Shown piece by piece: positions 1-8,146 of a stretch of DNA of 41,470 nt. This DNA comes from a virus (Duplodnaviria > Caudoviricetes), in the IMG/VR virus record IMGVR_UViG_3300025875_000644, positions 1 through 41,470 of that record; one strand, given 5' to 3'. The first letter of the stretch is position 1, and the number at the start of each line of letters is the position of its first letter. Under the pieces are notes generated by a model that was given only the letters and a program-made list of their open reading frames with translations, was not told where the DNA came from and searched no databases. Both the position numbers and the translations under genes were made by a program.

Positions 1-81
1 GACCTCACCGGGCGCCGCGTCGGCGACCGCGACGGCCACGAGCCGCTCCAGGAGCAGCTCATCGACCGGCCGGAGCTCCAC
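1..81 (-). CDS. 5' end of a host gene running off the window, possibly a GNAT-family acetyltransferase
   Basis: GTG at 81 just downstream of the sigma factor stop reads VELRPVDELLLERLVAVAVADAAPGEV; only 27 codons are visible. Confidence 0.3.
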   Translation of the reverse strand, partial: MELRPVDELLLERLVAVAVADAAPGEV

Positions 82-119
82 CGGCGACCCGGCCGGCAGG
101 GCGGCCCGGCGGTTCCCGG

Positions 120-920
120 TCAGGCGATGTCGGCGAGCTTGCCGCGCAGGTGCAGCACGGCCTTGGTGTGCAGCTGGCAGATGCGGCTCTCGGTCACCCC
201 GAGCACGCGGCCGATGTCGGCCAGGGTCAGCCCCTCGAAGTAGTAGAGGCTGACGACGACCTTCTCCCGCTCGGGCAGCTGCTCGACCGCCCGGGCCAGC
301 AGCTGCCGGGCCTCACCGTGCTCGGCCATCGCCTGCGGGTCCAGTGCGCTGGTGTCCCGCAACGTGTCGACGAGCCGCGGAGCGGAGCCGTCGTCGTCGA
401 CCAGCAGCTCGTCGAGGGCGACCACGTTGACCAGGGACAGCTGGCCGAGGAACTTGCGGATCTCCTCGACGTCCATCTCCATCTCCTCGGCGATCTCCTC
501 CTCGGTCGGGCTGCGCTGGAGCCTGGCCTCCAGATCGGCGACCGTGCGCTCGAACTGCCGCGCCTTCATCCGCACCGACCGCGGGATCCAGTCGGTGGAG
601 CGCAGCTCGTCGATGATCGCGCCGCGGATGCGGGACATCGCGTAGCTCTCGAACTTGATCTCCCGCGAGGGATCGAACCGGGTGATCGCGTCGATCAGGC
701 CGAAGGTGCCGTAGGAGACCAGGTCGGCCTGCTCCACGTGCGCCGGCAGCCCGCTGCCGACCCGGCCGGCGACGTACTTCACCAGCGGGGCGTAGTGCAG
801 GATCAGCCGGTCGCGCAGGCCGGTGTCCCGCTCGACGACGTAGCGCGCCCACAGCTCGGCCACCCCCGCATCGGGGTCCTCGCTGGTGCGCTGGTGAACC
901 GTCGCCTCAGACACGTGCAC
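120..920 (-). CDS. whiG: RNA polymerase sigma factor, FliA/WhiG family
   Basis: Region 2 ([58 protein letters not shown]) and region 4 HTH ([30 protein letters not shown]); conserved comM-dprA-xerC-whiG locus. Confidence 0.93.
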   Translation of the reverse strand: MHVSEATVHQRTSEDPDAGVAELWARYVVERDTGLRDRLILHYAPLVKYVAGRVGSGLPAHVEQADLVSYGTFGLIDAITRFDPSREIKFESYAMSRIRGAIIDELRSTDWIPRSVRMKARQFERTVADLEARLQRSPTEEEIAEEMEMDVEEIRKFLGQLSLVNVVALDELLVDDDGSAPRLVDTLRDTSALDPQAMAEHGEARQLLARAVEQLPEREKVVVSLYYFEGLTLADIGRVLGVTESRICQLHTKAVLHLRGKLADIA

Positions 921-965
921 TCCCCCGCTCGACCTTCATCGCCAACTGCTCCATCGCCGTCGTGC

Positions 966-1925
966 TCACGCTCGCGGGTGGGCCCGGGCGTGCACCGCCC
1001 GCAACCGCTCGACCGTCACGTGCGTGTAGACCTGCGTCGTCGCGAGGCTAGCGTGACCGAGGAGCTCCTGGACGCTGCGGAGGTCGGCGCCGCCCTCCAG
1101 GACGTGCGTGGCCGCCGAGTGCCGGAGCCCGTGCGGCCCGATGTCGGGCACGCCCGGGGAGGCCGCGACCGCGGCATGCACGACCCGGCGGGCCTCCCGT
1201 GCGTCCAGCCGACCGCCCCGGACCCCCAGCAGCAGCGCCGGCCCGCTGGTCGAGGTGGTGAGCGCGGGCCGGCCCCGGGTCAGCCACTCCGCCAGCGCCG
1301 TCGCCGCAGGGGCGCCGTAGGGCACGCTGCGCTCCTTGCGGCCCTTGCCCAGCACCCGCAGCAGCCGCCGACCGGTGTCCACGTCGTCCACGTCCAACCC
1401 GACCAGCTCGCCGACCCGCACCCCGCTGGCGTACAGCAGCTCCACGACCAGCGCGTTGCGCAGCCGCAGCGCGCTGTCGGCCGGCTGCTCCTCGGCGGCC
1501 GGCCGTTGCCCCGCCTGCTCCAGCACGGCCCGGGCCTGCTCCGCACCGAGGACGCCGGGCAGCGTGCGGTGGGCGCGCGGGCTGGACAGCCGCAGACCGA
1601 CGTCCTCGGCGACCTGGCCGCTGCGCCGCAGGTGCGCGGTGAACGACCGGGCGGACGCGGCCCGGCGCGCGGTGGTGGAGCGGCTGTCGCCCCTGGTGCG
1701 CCCCTGGGCGAGCCAGCTGCGGAGTGCGGCGAGGTCCAGCGCGTCCACCGTCGACCCGCTGCGCCGGACCAGGTGGTCCAGCAGGGACACGACGTCACCG
1801 ACGTAACCGCGGACCGTGTGCTCGGACAGGTCGCGCTGCAGCCGGAGGTGCTCCTCCCAGCCGTCCAGCGGCTCCGCCAGGGCAGGCGGCAGCGCCGCGC
1901 GCAGCTCTGCGGTCCCGGTGGCCAT
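966..1925 (-). CDS. xerC: Tyrosine recombinase XerC (host)
   Basis: [68 protein letters not shown]; start at 1925 chosen, 2003 is the longest alternative. Confidence 0.92.
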   Translation of the reverse strand: MATGTAELRAALPPALAEPLDGWEEHLRLQRDLSEHTVRGYVGDVVSLLDHLVRRSGSTVDALDLAALRSWLAQGRTRGDSRSTTARRAASARSFTAHLRRSGQVAEDVGLRLSSPRAHRTLPGVLGAEQARAVLEQAGQRPAAEEQPADSALRLRNALVVELLYASGVRVGELVGLDVDDVDTGRRLLRVLGKGRKERSVPYGAPAATALAEWLTRGRPALTTSTSGPALLLGVRGGRLDAREARRVVHAAVAASPGVPDIGPHGLRHSAATHVLEGGADLRSVQELLGHASLATTQVYTHVTVERLRAVHARAHPRA

Positions 1926-2009
1926 GGGCGGAGCGTCCGTCGGCGAGCGCCGCCGGTCAACGTGCCGCGCCGCGCGACCGGTCAGCCGAGGTCGTTCCGT
2001 CATCCACCG

Positions 2010-3203
2010 TCACGGGCGGGCACGGGTCACCGGGGCGACCCGCCAGCCGGTGCCGGTCCACTCGACCAGGTCGTGCAGCTCCAGCACCGGCAGGACGCGC
2101 AGCACGTCGACCACCTCGCAGCCGGCGACGGCGGCCAGCCGCTCCGGCGGCACGCCGAGCCGGACCGGGCAGGCGTCCAGCACCCGGCGGGCGACGTCGG
2201 ACAACGAGTCGCGCGGTGTCGAGGGCCGCGGCGGCGACTCGGCCAGGTCACCCCCGATCGCACCCACCGCCTCCACCACCTCGGCCGCGTTCGTGACCAG
2301 GACCGCGGATCGCTCGGGGTTCCGCAGCAGCTCGTGGCAACCCACGCTCATCGCGCTCGTCACGGGACCGGGCACCGCCATCACCGCCTTGCCCAACGAG
2401 GCCGCCCGGTGCCCGGTCGCCAACGCGCCCGACCGCGCCGCGGCCTCCACGACCACCGTGCCCTGGGTGAGTGCGGCGATGAGCCGGTTGCGCACCAGGA
2501 AGCGGTGCCGCAGCGGCGCGCACCCCGGCGGCCACTCGCTCACCAGCAGACCGTCGTCCAGGATCCGGCTGAAGAGCGCGGAGTGGGCGCCGGGGTAGGC
2601 CCGGTCCACCCCGCAGGCGAGCACGGCGACGGTCGGCGCGCCGGCGGCCAGCGCTCCCCGGTGGGCGGCAGCGTCGATGCCGTACGCGCCGCCGGAGACC
2701 GTCGTCCAGCCCCGCTCGCCCAGCCCGTGCGCCAGCTCGGCGGCCACGTGCTCCCCGTACGCCGTCGAGGCGCGCGAACCGACCAGCGCGACCGAGCGGC
2801 CGACCAGGTCGGCGAGCGGCTGGTCACCGCGCACCCACAGCGCCAGCGGCGGCACCAGGGCCACGGTGCGGTCCGGCTTCCGGTCACCGACCGGTACCGC
2901 CCGCTGCGCAGCGACGGTGAGGCAGTGCAGCGCCAGCGCCGGCCACTCGTCGTCCTCCGGCACGACCAGCCGTCCGCCGCACCGCTCGACCCGGCGGAGG
3001 TCCTCGGCGCTGACGTCCTCCGCCGCGCGTGCACCGGCCAGGGCCTGCACGTCGCGCGGAGCGGTCCCGGCCCGCAGCCGCGACCACGCCGCCAGCGGAC
3101 CGGCCTGGGTCACGAACCGCCAGACCTCGATCGAGCCCGGCTCGACCGCCCGGGACAGCCAGGCACGGGCCAGCCGGACGTCCGGGTCGACCTCGCCGAT
3201 CAC
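2010..3203 (-). CDS. dprA: DNA-processing protein DprA/Smf
   Basis: VALVGSRASTAYG, VSGGAYGIDAAAHRGAL, FLVRNRLIAAL, VVVEAAARSGAL, AVPGPVTS motifs; GTGA overlap with the comM stop. Confidence 0.95.
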   Translation of the reverse strand: MIGEVDPDVRLARAWLSRAVEPGSIEVWRFVTQAGPLAAWSRLRAGTAPRDVQALAGARAAEDVSAEDLRRVERCGGRLVVPEDDEWPALALHCLTVAAQRAVPVGDRKPDRTVALVPPLALWVRGDQPLADLVGRSVALVGSRASTAYGEHVAAELAHGLGERGWTTVSGGAYGIDAAAHRGALAAGAPTVAVLACGVDRAYPGAHSALFSRILDDGLLVSEWPPGCAPLRHRFLVRNRLIAALTQGTVVVEAAARSGALATGHRAASLGKAVMAVPGPVTSAMSVGCHELLRNPERSAVLVTNAAEVVEAVGAIGGDLAESPPRPSTPRDSLSDVARRVLDACPVRLGVPPERLAAVAGCEVVDVLRVLPVLELHDLVEWTGTGWRVAPVTRARP

Positions 3204-3823
3204 GCCGCCACCCGCTGCAGCCGCATGCCCAGCGCCTCGGCCACGTCATCGCCGCCGGGGACGCTGCGACCGGCCAGGTCGGCGATCGTCCAGGCGACCC
3301 GGAGCACCCGGTCGAAGCCGCGGACCGACAGCGAGCCACGCTCCAGGGCCCGTTCGGCCAGGGCCAGCGAGCTGCGGGCCACCGGCCACCGCTCGCGCAG
3401 CAGCCGGCCGGGTACCTGGCTGTTGAGCCCCAGCCCGGTGCCGGCCATCCGCTCGGCCGCCACGGCCCGGGCCGCGTGCACCCGCGCAGCGACCGCCAGG
3501 GTGCCCTCGGGAGCAGCCAGCCCGTCCAGCCAGGCGGCCCGGGTGACCGGCGGCAGGGTCACCCGCAGGTCGATCCGGTCCAGCAGCGGCCCGGACAGCC
3601 GCGACTGGTAGCGCCGCCGCTCCAGGGCACTGCAGGTGCAGGCGGTGTCGCCCGCCGCGCTGGCGCACGGGCACGGGTTGGCGGCCAGCACCAGCTGAGC
3701 CCGGCACGGGAAGCTGGCCGAGCCGTTGGCCCGGTGGATGGTCACCGACCCCCGCTCCAACGGCTGGCGGAGGGTGTCCAGCACCGCGCGGGGGAACTCG
3801 GGGGCCTCGTCCAGCAACAACAC
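3200..3823 (-). pseudogene. comM: C-terminal part of ComM/YifB Mg-chelatase-like AAA ATPase, split by prophage insertion
   Basis: Begins at Walker B (LLLDEAPEF), then LRQPLE, LVLAANPCPC, RYQSRLSGPLLDRIDL, RVLRVAWTIADL; the N-terminal part including Walker A is absent and the integrase stop lies 22 nt upstream. Confidence 0.92.
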
Positions 3824-3847
3824 CTCACCGCGGTATGTCCGCGGCTA
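3800..3847. other. Prophage/host att junction (hybrid att site of the serine integrase)
   Basis: ComM similarity ends at about 3811-3823; minus strand reads TAG CCGCGG ACATA CCGCGG TGAG GTG TTG TTG CTG GAC GAG; exact crossover cannot be fixed without the other end. Confidence 0.75.
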
Positions 3848-5326
3848 GGCCGTCCAGCGGGCCTGGATCGAGAGGGTGACCGGATCCCCCCGGCGCTCGG
3901 GCCGGTGCACGACGACCTGCTGGATCAGCGTGCGTAGCAGGTCGCGGCGGCCGGGCACCGGCATCCGGTCCCAGCGGTCGAGGAGCTCCCGCACAATCGG
4001 GCCCGACGGGCCCGACAGGGCGTGCTCGTCTTCGTCGGCGGCCCGAGCGCGCCGCTCGAGGTCTACGCGCTGGGCGGTGAGCTGATCCCGGGCTGTGGCG
4101 TAGGCGGCGTCCGGCACCGTGCCGTCGGTCCAGCCGAGGGTGAGCTTGGTCAGGCGGTCGTCGAGGCGTAGGGCTTGGCGGCGGAGGTCGGCGGCATCGG
4201 ATCTGGCCACCAGCTGGGCTGCGGTGCGGGCGGCCTCTGCCGCGGAACGTTCCTCGATGTCGGTGACCAGGGTGGTGAGCCAGTCCAGGACCACCCGCTC
4301 GGCCTTGGCCCTGGTGACCGTGACGCAGCGGCCGCGCTTCGTCTTCGTCCAGGCGGTGCAGATGAAGCCGTAACCGGGCCGGACACCGAGTGCGGTGGCG
4401 TGCATCCCGGAGCCGCAGTCGCCGCAGCGCATCAGCCCGGACAGCACGTAGGCCGGCGTGCTGACGCTGGGCTTCCCGCGGCGGTCCTCCCGCTGGGCTC
4501 GGTACGCGATCCAGGTGCTCTCGTCGATGACCGGCTGGTGCGCGCCGGGCGCCCAGGTGATCGCGCGCCGCACGCCGGCGGAGATGAGGCCGGCTCCGAA
4601 GCCAGAGTCGAGGACGGCCAGGACGTGGTTGCTGGTCCAGCGGGTGCCGGTGCGTGCGACTAGGTGGCCGCCGTCGTTGAGCCGCTTGGCGATGGTGCCG
4701 GCTGGGACGCCGCGCACGTAGTCGGCGTACATCGCGGCGAGTACCGGCCCGGTGGTGGGGTCGTGCTGGTAGGCACCGTCGATCTCCAGGTAGCCGAAGC
4801 GGGCACCACCTCGGGAGGGCAGGCCGGCGGCGATCCGGCGGGAGTGGGCCTCCTTCCACTGCTCCCCGATCCGTTCGGCCTCGAAGGCGTTGAGCTCGGC
4901 CAACATGCCGCGGGTGAAGCGACCGGTGCTGGTGGAGACGTCGACCTGCTCGGTGGCGGACTCCAGTCGCCCGCCGGCCACCTCGACCCGGTCGAGAGCG
5001 ACCGCCCACTTCAGCCGGTGGCGTGCGGTGCGGGAGAACTTCCAGACGACGATGACGTCGACCTCGCCGGCCTCGACGAGCTCGATGGCGGCGTCGAGCT
5101 TCGCCCACCACCGGGATCTCGTTCGGGAGCCTGATTCGTCCAGGCCTTCCATGCGCTGCGTGATCTGGTAGCCGCTGCGGGCGCAGTAGTCGCCGATGGC
5201 GATGTCCTGCAGCTCCGGGGAGATCATCCCCTCGCGCTCGCGGGATACCCGGACCAGCGCGAGGACCCGGGGCTGCGTGACCGGGACGGCGCGCAGCCGC
5301 CCTCCCCGGTCAGGCTGCGTGCTCAT
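3845..5326 (-). CDS. Large serine recombinase (phage integrase)
   Basis: Catalytic LVRVS motif, VIVVWKFSRTAR, STSTGRFTRGMLAELNAFEAERIGE, recombinase domain (FGY, GAHQPVID), Zn ribbon LSGLMRCGDCG..C..C, coiled coil; ATG 5326 overlaps the immA 3' end. Confidence 0.96.
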   Translation of the reverse strand: MSTQPDRGGRLRAVPVTQPRVLALVRVSREREGMISPELQDIAIGDYCARSGYQITQRMEGLDESGSRTRSRWWAKLDAAIELVEAGEVDVIVVWKFSRTARHRLKWAVALDRVEVAGGRLESATEQVDVSTSTGRFTRGMLAELNAFEAERIGEQWKEAHSRRIAAGLPSRGGARFGYLEIDGAYQHDPTTGPVLAAMYADYVRGVPAGTIAKRLNDGGHLVARTGTRWTSNHVLAVLDSGFGAGLISAGVRRAITWAPGAHQPVIDESTWIAYRAQREDRRGKPSVSTPAYVLSGLMRCGDCGSGMHATALGVRPGYGFICTAWTKTKRGRCVTVTRAKAERVVLDWLTTLVTDIEERSAAEAARTAAQLVARSDAADLRRQALRLDDRLTKLTLGWTDGTVPDAAYATARDQLTAQRVDLERRARAADEDEHALSGPSGPIVRELLDRWDRMPVPGRRDLLRTLIQQVVVHRPERRGDPVTLSIQARWTA

Positions 5327-5756
5327 CGCGCGCCAGTCGGCCGCGCAACTGCACCTGCTCGGCGGGCTGCAGCTGCTCGATCCGGCAGACCACGAGGTGA
5401 ACGGTGACGTCCAGGTCTTCGGCCACCGCGCCCAGGTCATGCGGGTGGGTGGCCAGCGCGTGGCCGAGCGCTGACACAGGGATCAGCCGCCGGGCCGCCT
5501 CCCGATCGGCTCGACTCTCTTGGCGGCGCGCCTGACGCGGACCATCAGGGCCGCACCCAGCGATCTGCACGTCGGCGTGGTCGACGTGCACCAGCTCGTG
5601 CGCGAGCGCTGAGCGCCGGCCAACGCGGTCCAGGCTCTCGTCGAGGGCGATGGCGCGCAGGTCCGGGAACCAGAGGCCGTCACCGGCGGGCAGCCGGCAG
5701 GTGCGGCAGACGATGTCCGGTCGTGCGGCCAGGTCTGCCCATGGGTCGTACAGCAA
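5310..5756 (-). CDS. ImmA/IrrE-family metallopeptidase (anti-repressor)
   Basis: RRSALAHELVH (HExxH) and E..ADREAARRLIP; lies between repressor and integrase; TTG start at 5756 after a G-rich RBS. Confidence 0.88.
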   Translation of the reverse strand: MLYDPWADLAARPDIVCRTCRLPAGDGLWFPDLRAIALDESLDRVGRRSALAHELVHVDHADVQIAGCGPDGPRQARRQESRADREAARRLIPVSALGHALATHPHDLGAVAEDLDVTVHLVVCRIEQLQPAEQVQLRGRLARDEHAA

Positions 5757-5760
5757 GAAG

Positions 5761-6129
5761 TCAGTCCCCCCGTCGCGACGCCCGGAGAACGGCGCGCACT
5801 GCCTCGATGGCCTCCGCGTTGGCCGTGGCCAGCTGCGTGAGGAGTTCCGGATCGACTCCGGAGCCGACCGGTAGGTCGGAGCCCGGATCTTGGGCAGGGG
5901 GTCCGACAGTCTCGCCGTCGGCGATCCGGGCGATCGTGCCGAGCTCCATGCCCAGCGAGGTCTCGATGCGGCTGCGGGTGCGCACCTGCGGCCAGCGGCG
6001 TCCGGCGAGGAAGTCGCCGAGGGTGCCGTTGTCGATGCCGGCGTCCCGGACGAGGTCGGCCTGGTTCCAGCCCTTGGCGCCAAGCGCCACTTCAATGGCG
6101 GCTGCCGCTGCCCTGATGTCCCGTGCCAC
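5761..6129 (-). CDS. XRE-family HTH immunity repressor (ImmR/CI-like)
   Basis: WNQADLVRDAGIDNGTLGDFLAGRRWPQVRTRSRIETSLG; GTG 6129 with GGAG upstream; divergent from the cro-like gene. Confidence 0.82.
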   Translation of the reverse strand: MARDIRAAAAAIEVALGAKGWNQADLVRDAGIDNGTLGDFLAGRRWPQVRTRSRIETSLGMELGTIARIADGETVGPPAQDPGSDLPVGSGVDPELLTQLATANAEAIEAVRAVLRASRRGD

Positions 6130-6163
6130 GTCTGCCCACTCCGCTGTTCGACCGTGCCCCTGA

Positions 6164-6294
6164 GTCCAGCTTAGGAACGGTTCGGAACATGGGTCCAGGC
6201 GTGGCGCGGCTTCGACCTGGACTTTAGGAACTTCTCGCCAGAATCTTGGTTCCACATCTGGCATACTTCCTAGTTGTTCCCTAATGTTCCAGCC
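6164..6294. promoter_or_regulatory. Divergent lysis/lysogeny switch with repeated GGAAC/GTTCC operator-like motifs and a rightward -10 (TAATGT 6282-6287)
   Basis: AT-richer intergenic region; GGAAC at 6174, 6184, 6227; GTTCC at 6249, 6276, 6286 and CTTCC at 6266; TAATGT 7 nt before ATG 6295. Confidence 0.7.
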
Positions 6295-6558
6295 ATGCCG
6301 ATGCAGACCACCCCACCGGGTGACACGGAAGAGCAGGTGCGCGTCGGCGCGACCCTCTCAGCTCTCCGTGAGGCGCGCGCACTTCGGGTCGGCGAGCTGG
6401 CCAAGACGATGAAGATCTCGCACGCCTACCTGTCGAACATCGAGGCCGGCCGCCGGCCGCTGACCCCGCAGCTGGCTGTCCGCGCAGCCGATGCCCTGGC
6501 CGTCCGACCGATCGCGCTGCTCCGCCCCGACCACTTCAGCAGCGAGGTCACGCGGTGA
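6295..6558 (+). CDS. Cro-like XRE HTH protein
   Basis: LSALREARALRVGELAKTMKISHAYLSNIEAGRRP; first gene of the rightward operon. Confidence 0.88.
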   Translation: MPMQTTPPGDTEEQVRVGATLSALREARALRVGELAKTMKISHAYLSNIEAGRRPLTPQLAVRAADALAVRPIALLRPDHFSSEVTR

Positions 6559-6740
6559 CTCGGGACGAGTGCCTCAACGCGGCCGCCCGGGTGTGGGCCG
6601 ACACCTGCGCACGGGAGGCGCTGCTCACCCCCCGGCAGGCCGCCATCGAAGCCCACCAGCCCGGCGGCCCCTCGGTCGACGAGCTGGAGCAGCAGATCCG
6701 CACCTGGCGTGCCGCCCAGCGGGAGCCGGTCGCCGCCTGA
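6555..6740 (+). CDS. Small hypothetical phage protein
   Basis: GTGA overlap with cro, GAGG RBS. Confidence 0.7.
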   Translation: MTRDECLNAAARVWADTCAREALLTPRQAAIEAHQPGGPSVDELEQQIRTWRAAQREPVAA

Positions 6741-6743
6741 TCT

Positions 6744-6842
6744 CCCGGCGCCGGTCCAACCCCCGTGGCCGGCGCCGGGCCCCACCCAGCACATGCAGAA
6801 GCCCTCTCGCACCACCGCCTGGCAGCAGTCAGCGAGAGGGCT
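6744..6842 (+). other. Two tandem stem-loops in the only sizeable non-coding gap at the start of the early operon
   Basis: CCCGGCGCCGG 6744-6754 pairs with CCGGCGCCGGG 6769-6779; AGCCCTCTCGC 6800-6810 pairs with GCGAGAGGGCT 6832-6842. Confidence 0.6.
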
Positions 6843-6862
6843 CCGACGAGAAGAGGTTACCG

Positions 6863-7012
6863 ATGCCCGCCTGGGCCGTCACTGCACTGATCCTCTGGGG
6901 TGTCGCCTCCCCGCCCGCAGCCCTCCTGATCGGCGCGTCCCTCAAGGCCGCCGAGGAACGCGAGCGCTCCCGGAACAGCAGCGCGCCCCGCAACCTGCGG
7001 CGGTGGACCTGA
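6863..7012 (+). CDS. Small membrane protein
   Basis: MPAWAVTALILWGVASPPAALLIGASL hydrophobic stretch; GAGG RBS; TGATG overlap with the next gene. Confidence 0.65.
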   Translation: MPAWAVTALILWGVASPPAALLIGASLKAAEERERSRNSSAPRNLRRWT

Positions 7013-7599
7013 TGGCCCCCGGCCGCCCCCAGGACCCCAGCCTCCGGCCGCACGTCCTCACTGTCGCCACCCGGCTCCTGGCCGAGGAGCGTATGGCCGG
7101 CTGGAACACCGACCGGGTCGTGGCCATCACGGGCGTCAGCAAGGGCTCGCTCTACCGGCGCTGGTCGTCGCTCGACGAGCTGCTCGCCGACGTCATCCGC
7201 GGCCTCGGTGTCCGGGCCGTCGACTTCGGCGATGGCCCAGGTGAGGACCGGGCCGACGTGTTCCGGCTGCTCGCCGCAGCCACGACCGGGACGGCCGCTC
7301 TCGCTGAGGCCGCCGTGCTGTCCGAGATCGGGACCGACGACCTGCTGCGCCAGGCCTACGCCCACGGCCCCGTCGTCCGCTTCTTCACCGCCGCGGACCA
7401 GTGCCGGCAGCGAGCACAGGCCCGCGGGGAGGTGTGGCCGGCGACCCTCATGCCGATCCTCGTCGGCTGGTCGTCGCTGATGTACCGGGTGGCCACGACC
7501 GGTCAGCAGCCGAACCTGACGCTGCTGGAGGACACGGTCGACGGTGTCGTCCTCCCCTCGCTGCGGATCTTCGCCGCGGCCTCGGCGGCCCGAGCATGA
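7012..7599 (+). CDS. TetR/AcrR-family regulator
   Basis: GRPQDP..VLTVATRLLAEE..NTDRVVAITGVSKGSLYRRWSSLDELL N-terminal HTH plus a full-length C-terminal domain. Confidence 0.85.
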   Translation: MAPGRPQDPSLRPHVLTVATRLLAEERMAGWNTDRVVAITGVSKGSLYRRWSSLDELLADVIRGLGVRAVDFGDGPGEDRADVFRLLAAATTGTAALAEAAVLSEIGTDDLLRQAYAHGPVVRFFTAADQCRQRAQARGEVWPATLMPILVGWSSLMYRVATTGQQPNLTLLEDTVDGVVLPSLRIFAAASAARA

Positions 7600-7718
7600 C
7601 CCGCCGTCTCGCCGCGATCCGCCGTCACGGCTGGCTCGCCGGCCTCCTGCTCGCCGGTGTGCTGTGCGCCGCCGGCGTGGACCCCCTGTCCCTCGCCTTC
7701 GACGTCCCCCTGCCCTGA
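7596..7718 (+). CDS. Small membrane peptide
   Basis: ATGA overlap; MTRRLAAIRRHGWLAGLLLAGVLCAAGV. Confidence 0.5.
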   Translation: MTRRLAAIRRHGWLAGLLLAGVLCAAGVDPLSLAFDVPLP

Positions 7719-7774
7719 GCCGACCTCTCGCTGCTCTGTCCCGCCATCGCACCGATCCGACTGGAGACCCGTCC

Positions 7775-8146
7775 ATGACCGCCACCGAGAGCGACGACCA
7801 GCAGACGCGGCCGTTCGCCGACACCCTCCGCGACCTCGACAAGGGCCGCGTGCACGCCGACCTCTCCGAGAAGCTCCAGGAACTCGTCGAGTCCGTGCTG
7901 CTCGTGCGCAAGCCCGGGACCGTCCAGCTGACGCTGAAGGTCGAGCCCGCGAAGGGCGGCGAGGACATGGTCACCGTCCTCGCCACGGTCGCCACGAAGG
8001 TCCCGCGCACCGCCCGGGCCAGCACGTTCTTCGTCACCGACGACCACAACCTCTCGCGGTCCAACCCGCAGCAGCCGTCTCTCCCGCTGGCCGGGCTGCC
8101 CAGCGATGCCGACACCACCACCGAAGCCCGGAGGGCTGCCCGATGA
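7775..8146 (+). CDS. Conserved phage protein, partner of DUF2303 (YfdP-like)
   Basis: FADTLRDLDKG..L..LVESV...KPGTVQLTLKVEP..FFVTDDHNLSRSNPQQPSL; GGAG RBS. Confidence 0.75.
   Translation: MTATESDDQQTRPFADTLRDLDKGRVHADLSEKLQELVESVLLVRKPGTVQLTLKVEPAKGGEDMVTVLATVATKVPRTARASTFFVTDDHNLSRSNPQQPSLPLAGLPSDADTTTEARRAAR

Noticed and set aside
966-1925. XerC as the phage integrase
   Set aside because: It lies in the conserved host locus outside the att junction; the serine recombinase abuts the junction
150-3611. 1153 aa plus-strand ORF
   Set aside because: Shadow frame antisense to whiG, xerC, dprA and comM; no motifs; expected at this GC content
5327-5440. Longer integrase start at 5440, and longer immA (6095) and repressor (6264) starts
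   Set aside because: The extensions overlap neighbouring genes or the operator region and lack domain content
6555-6740. Candidate recombination directionality factor
   Set aside because: Position is suggestive but there is no recognisable motif to support the call
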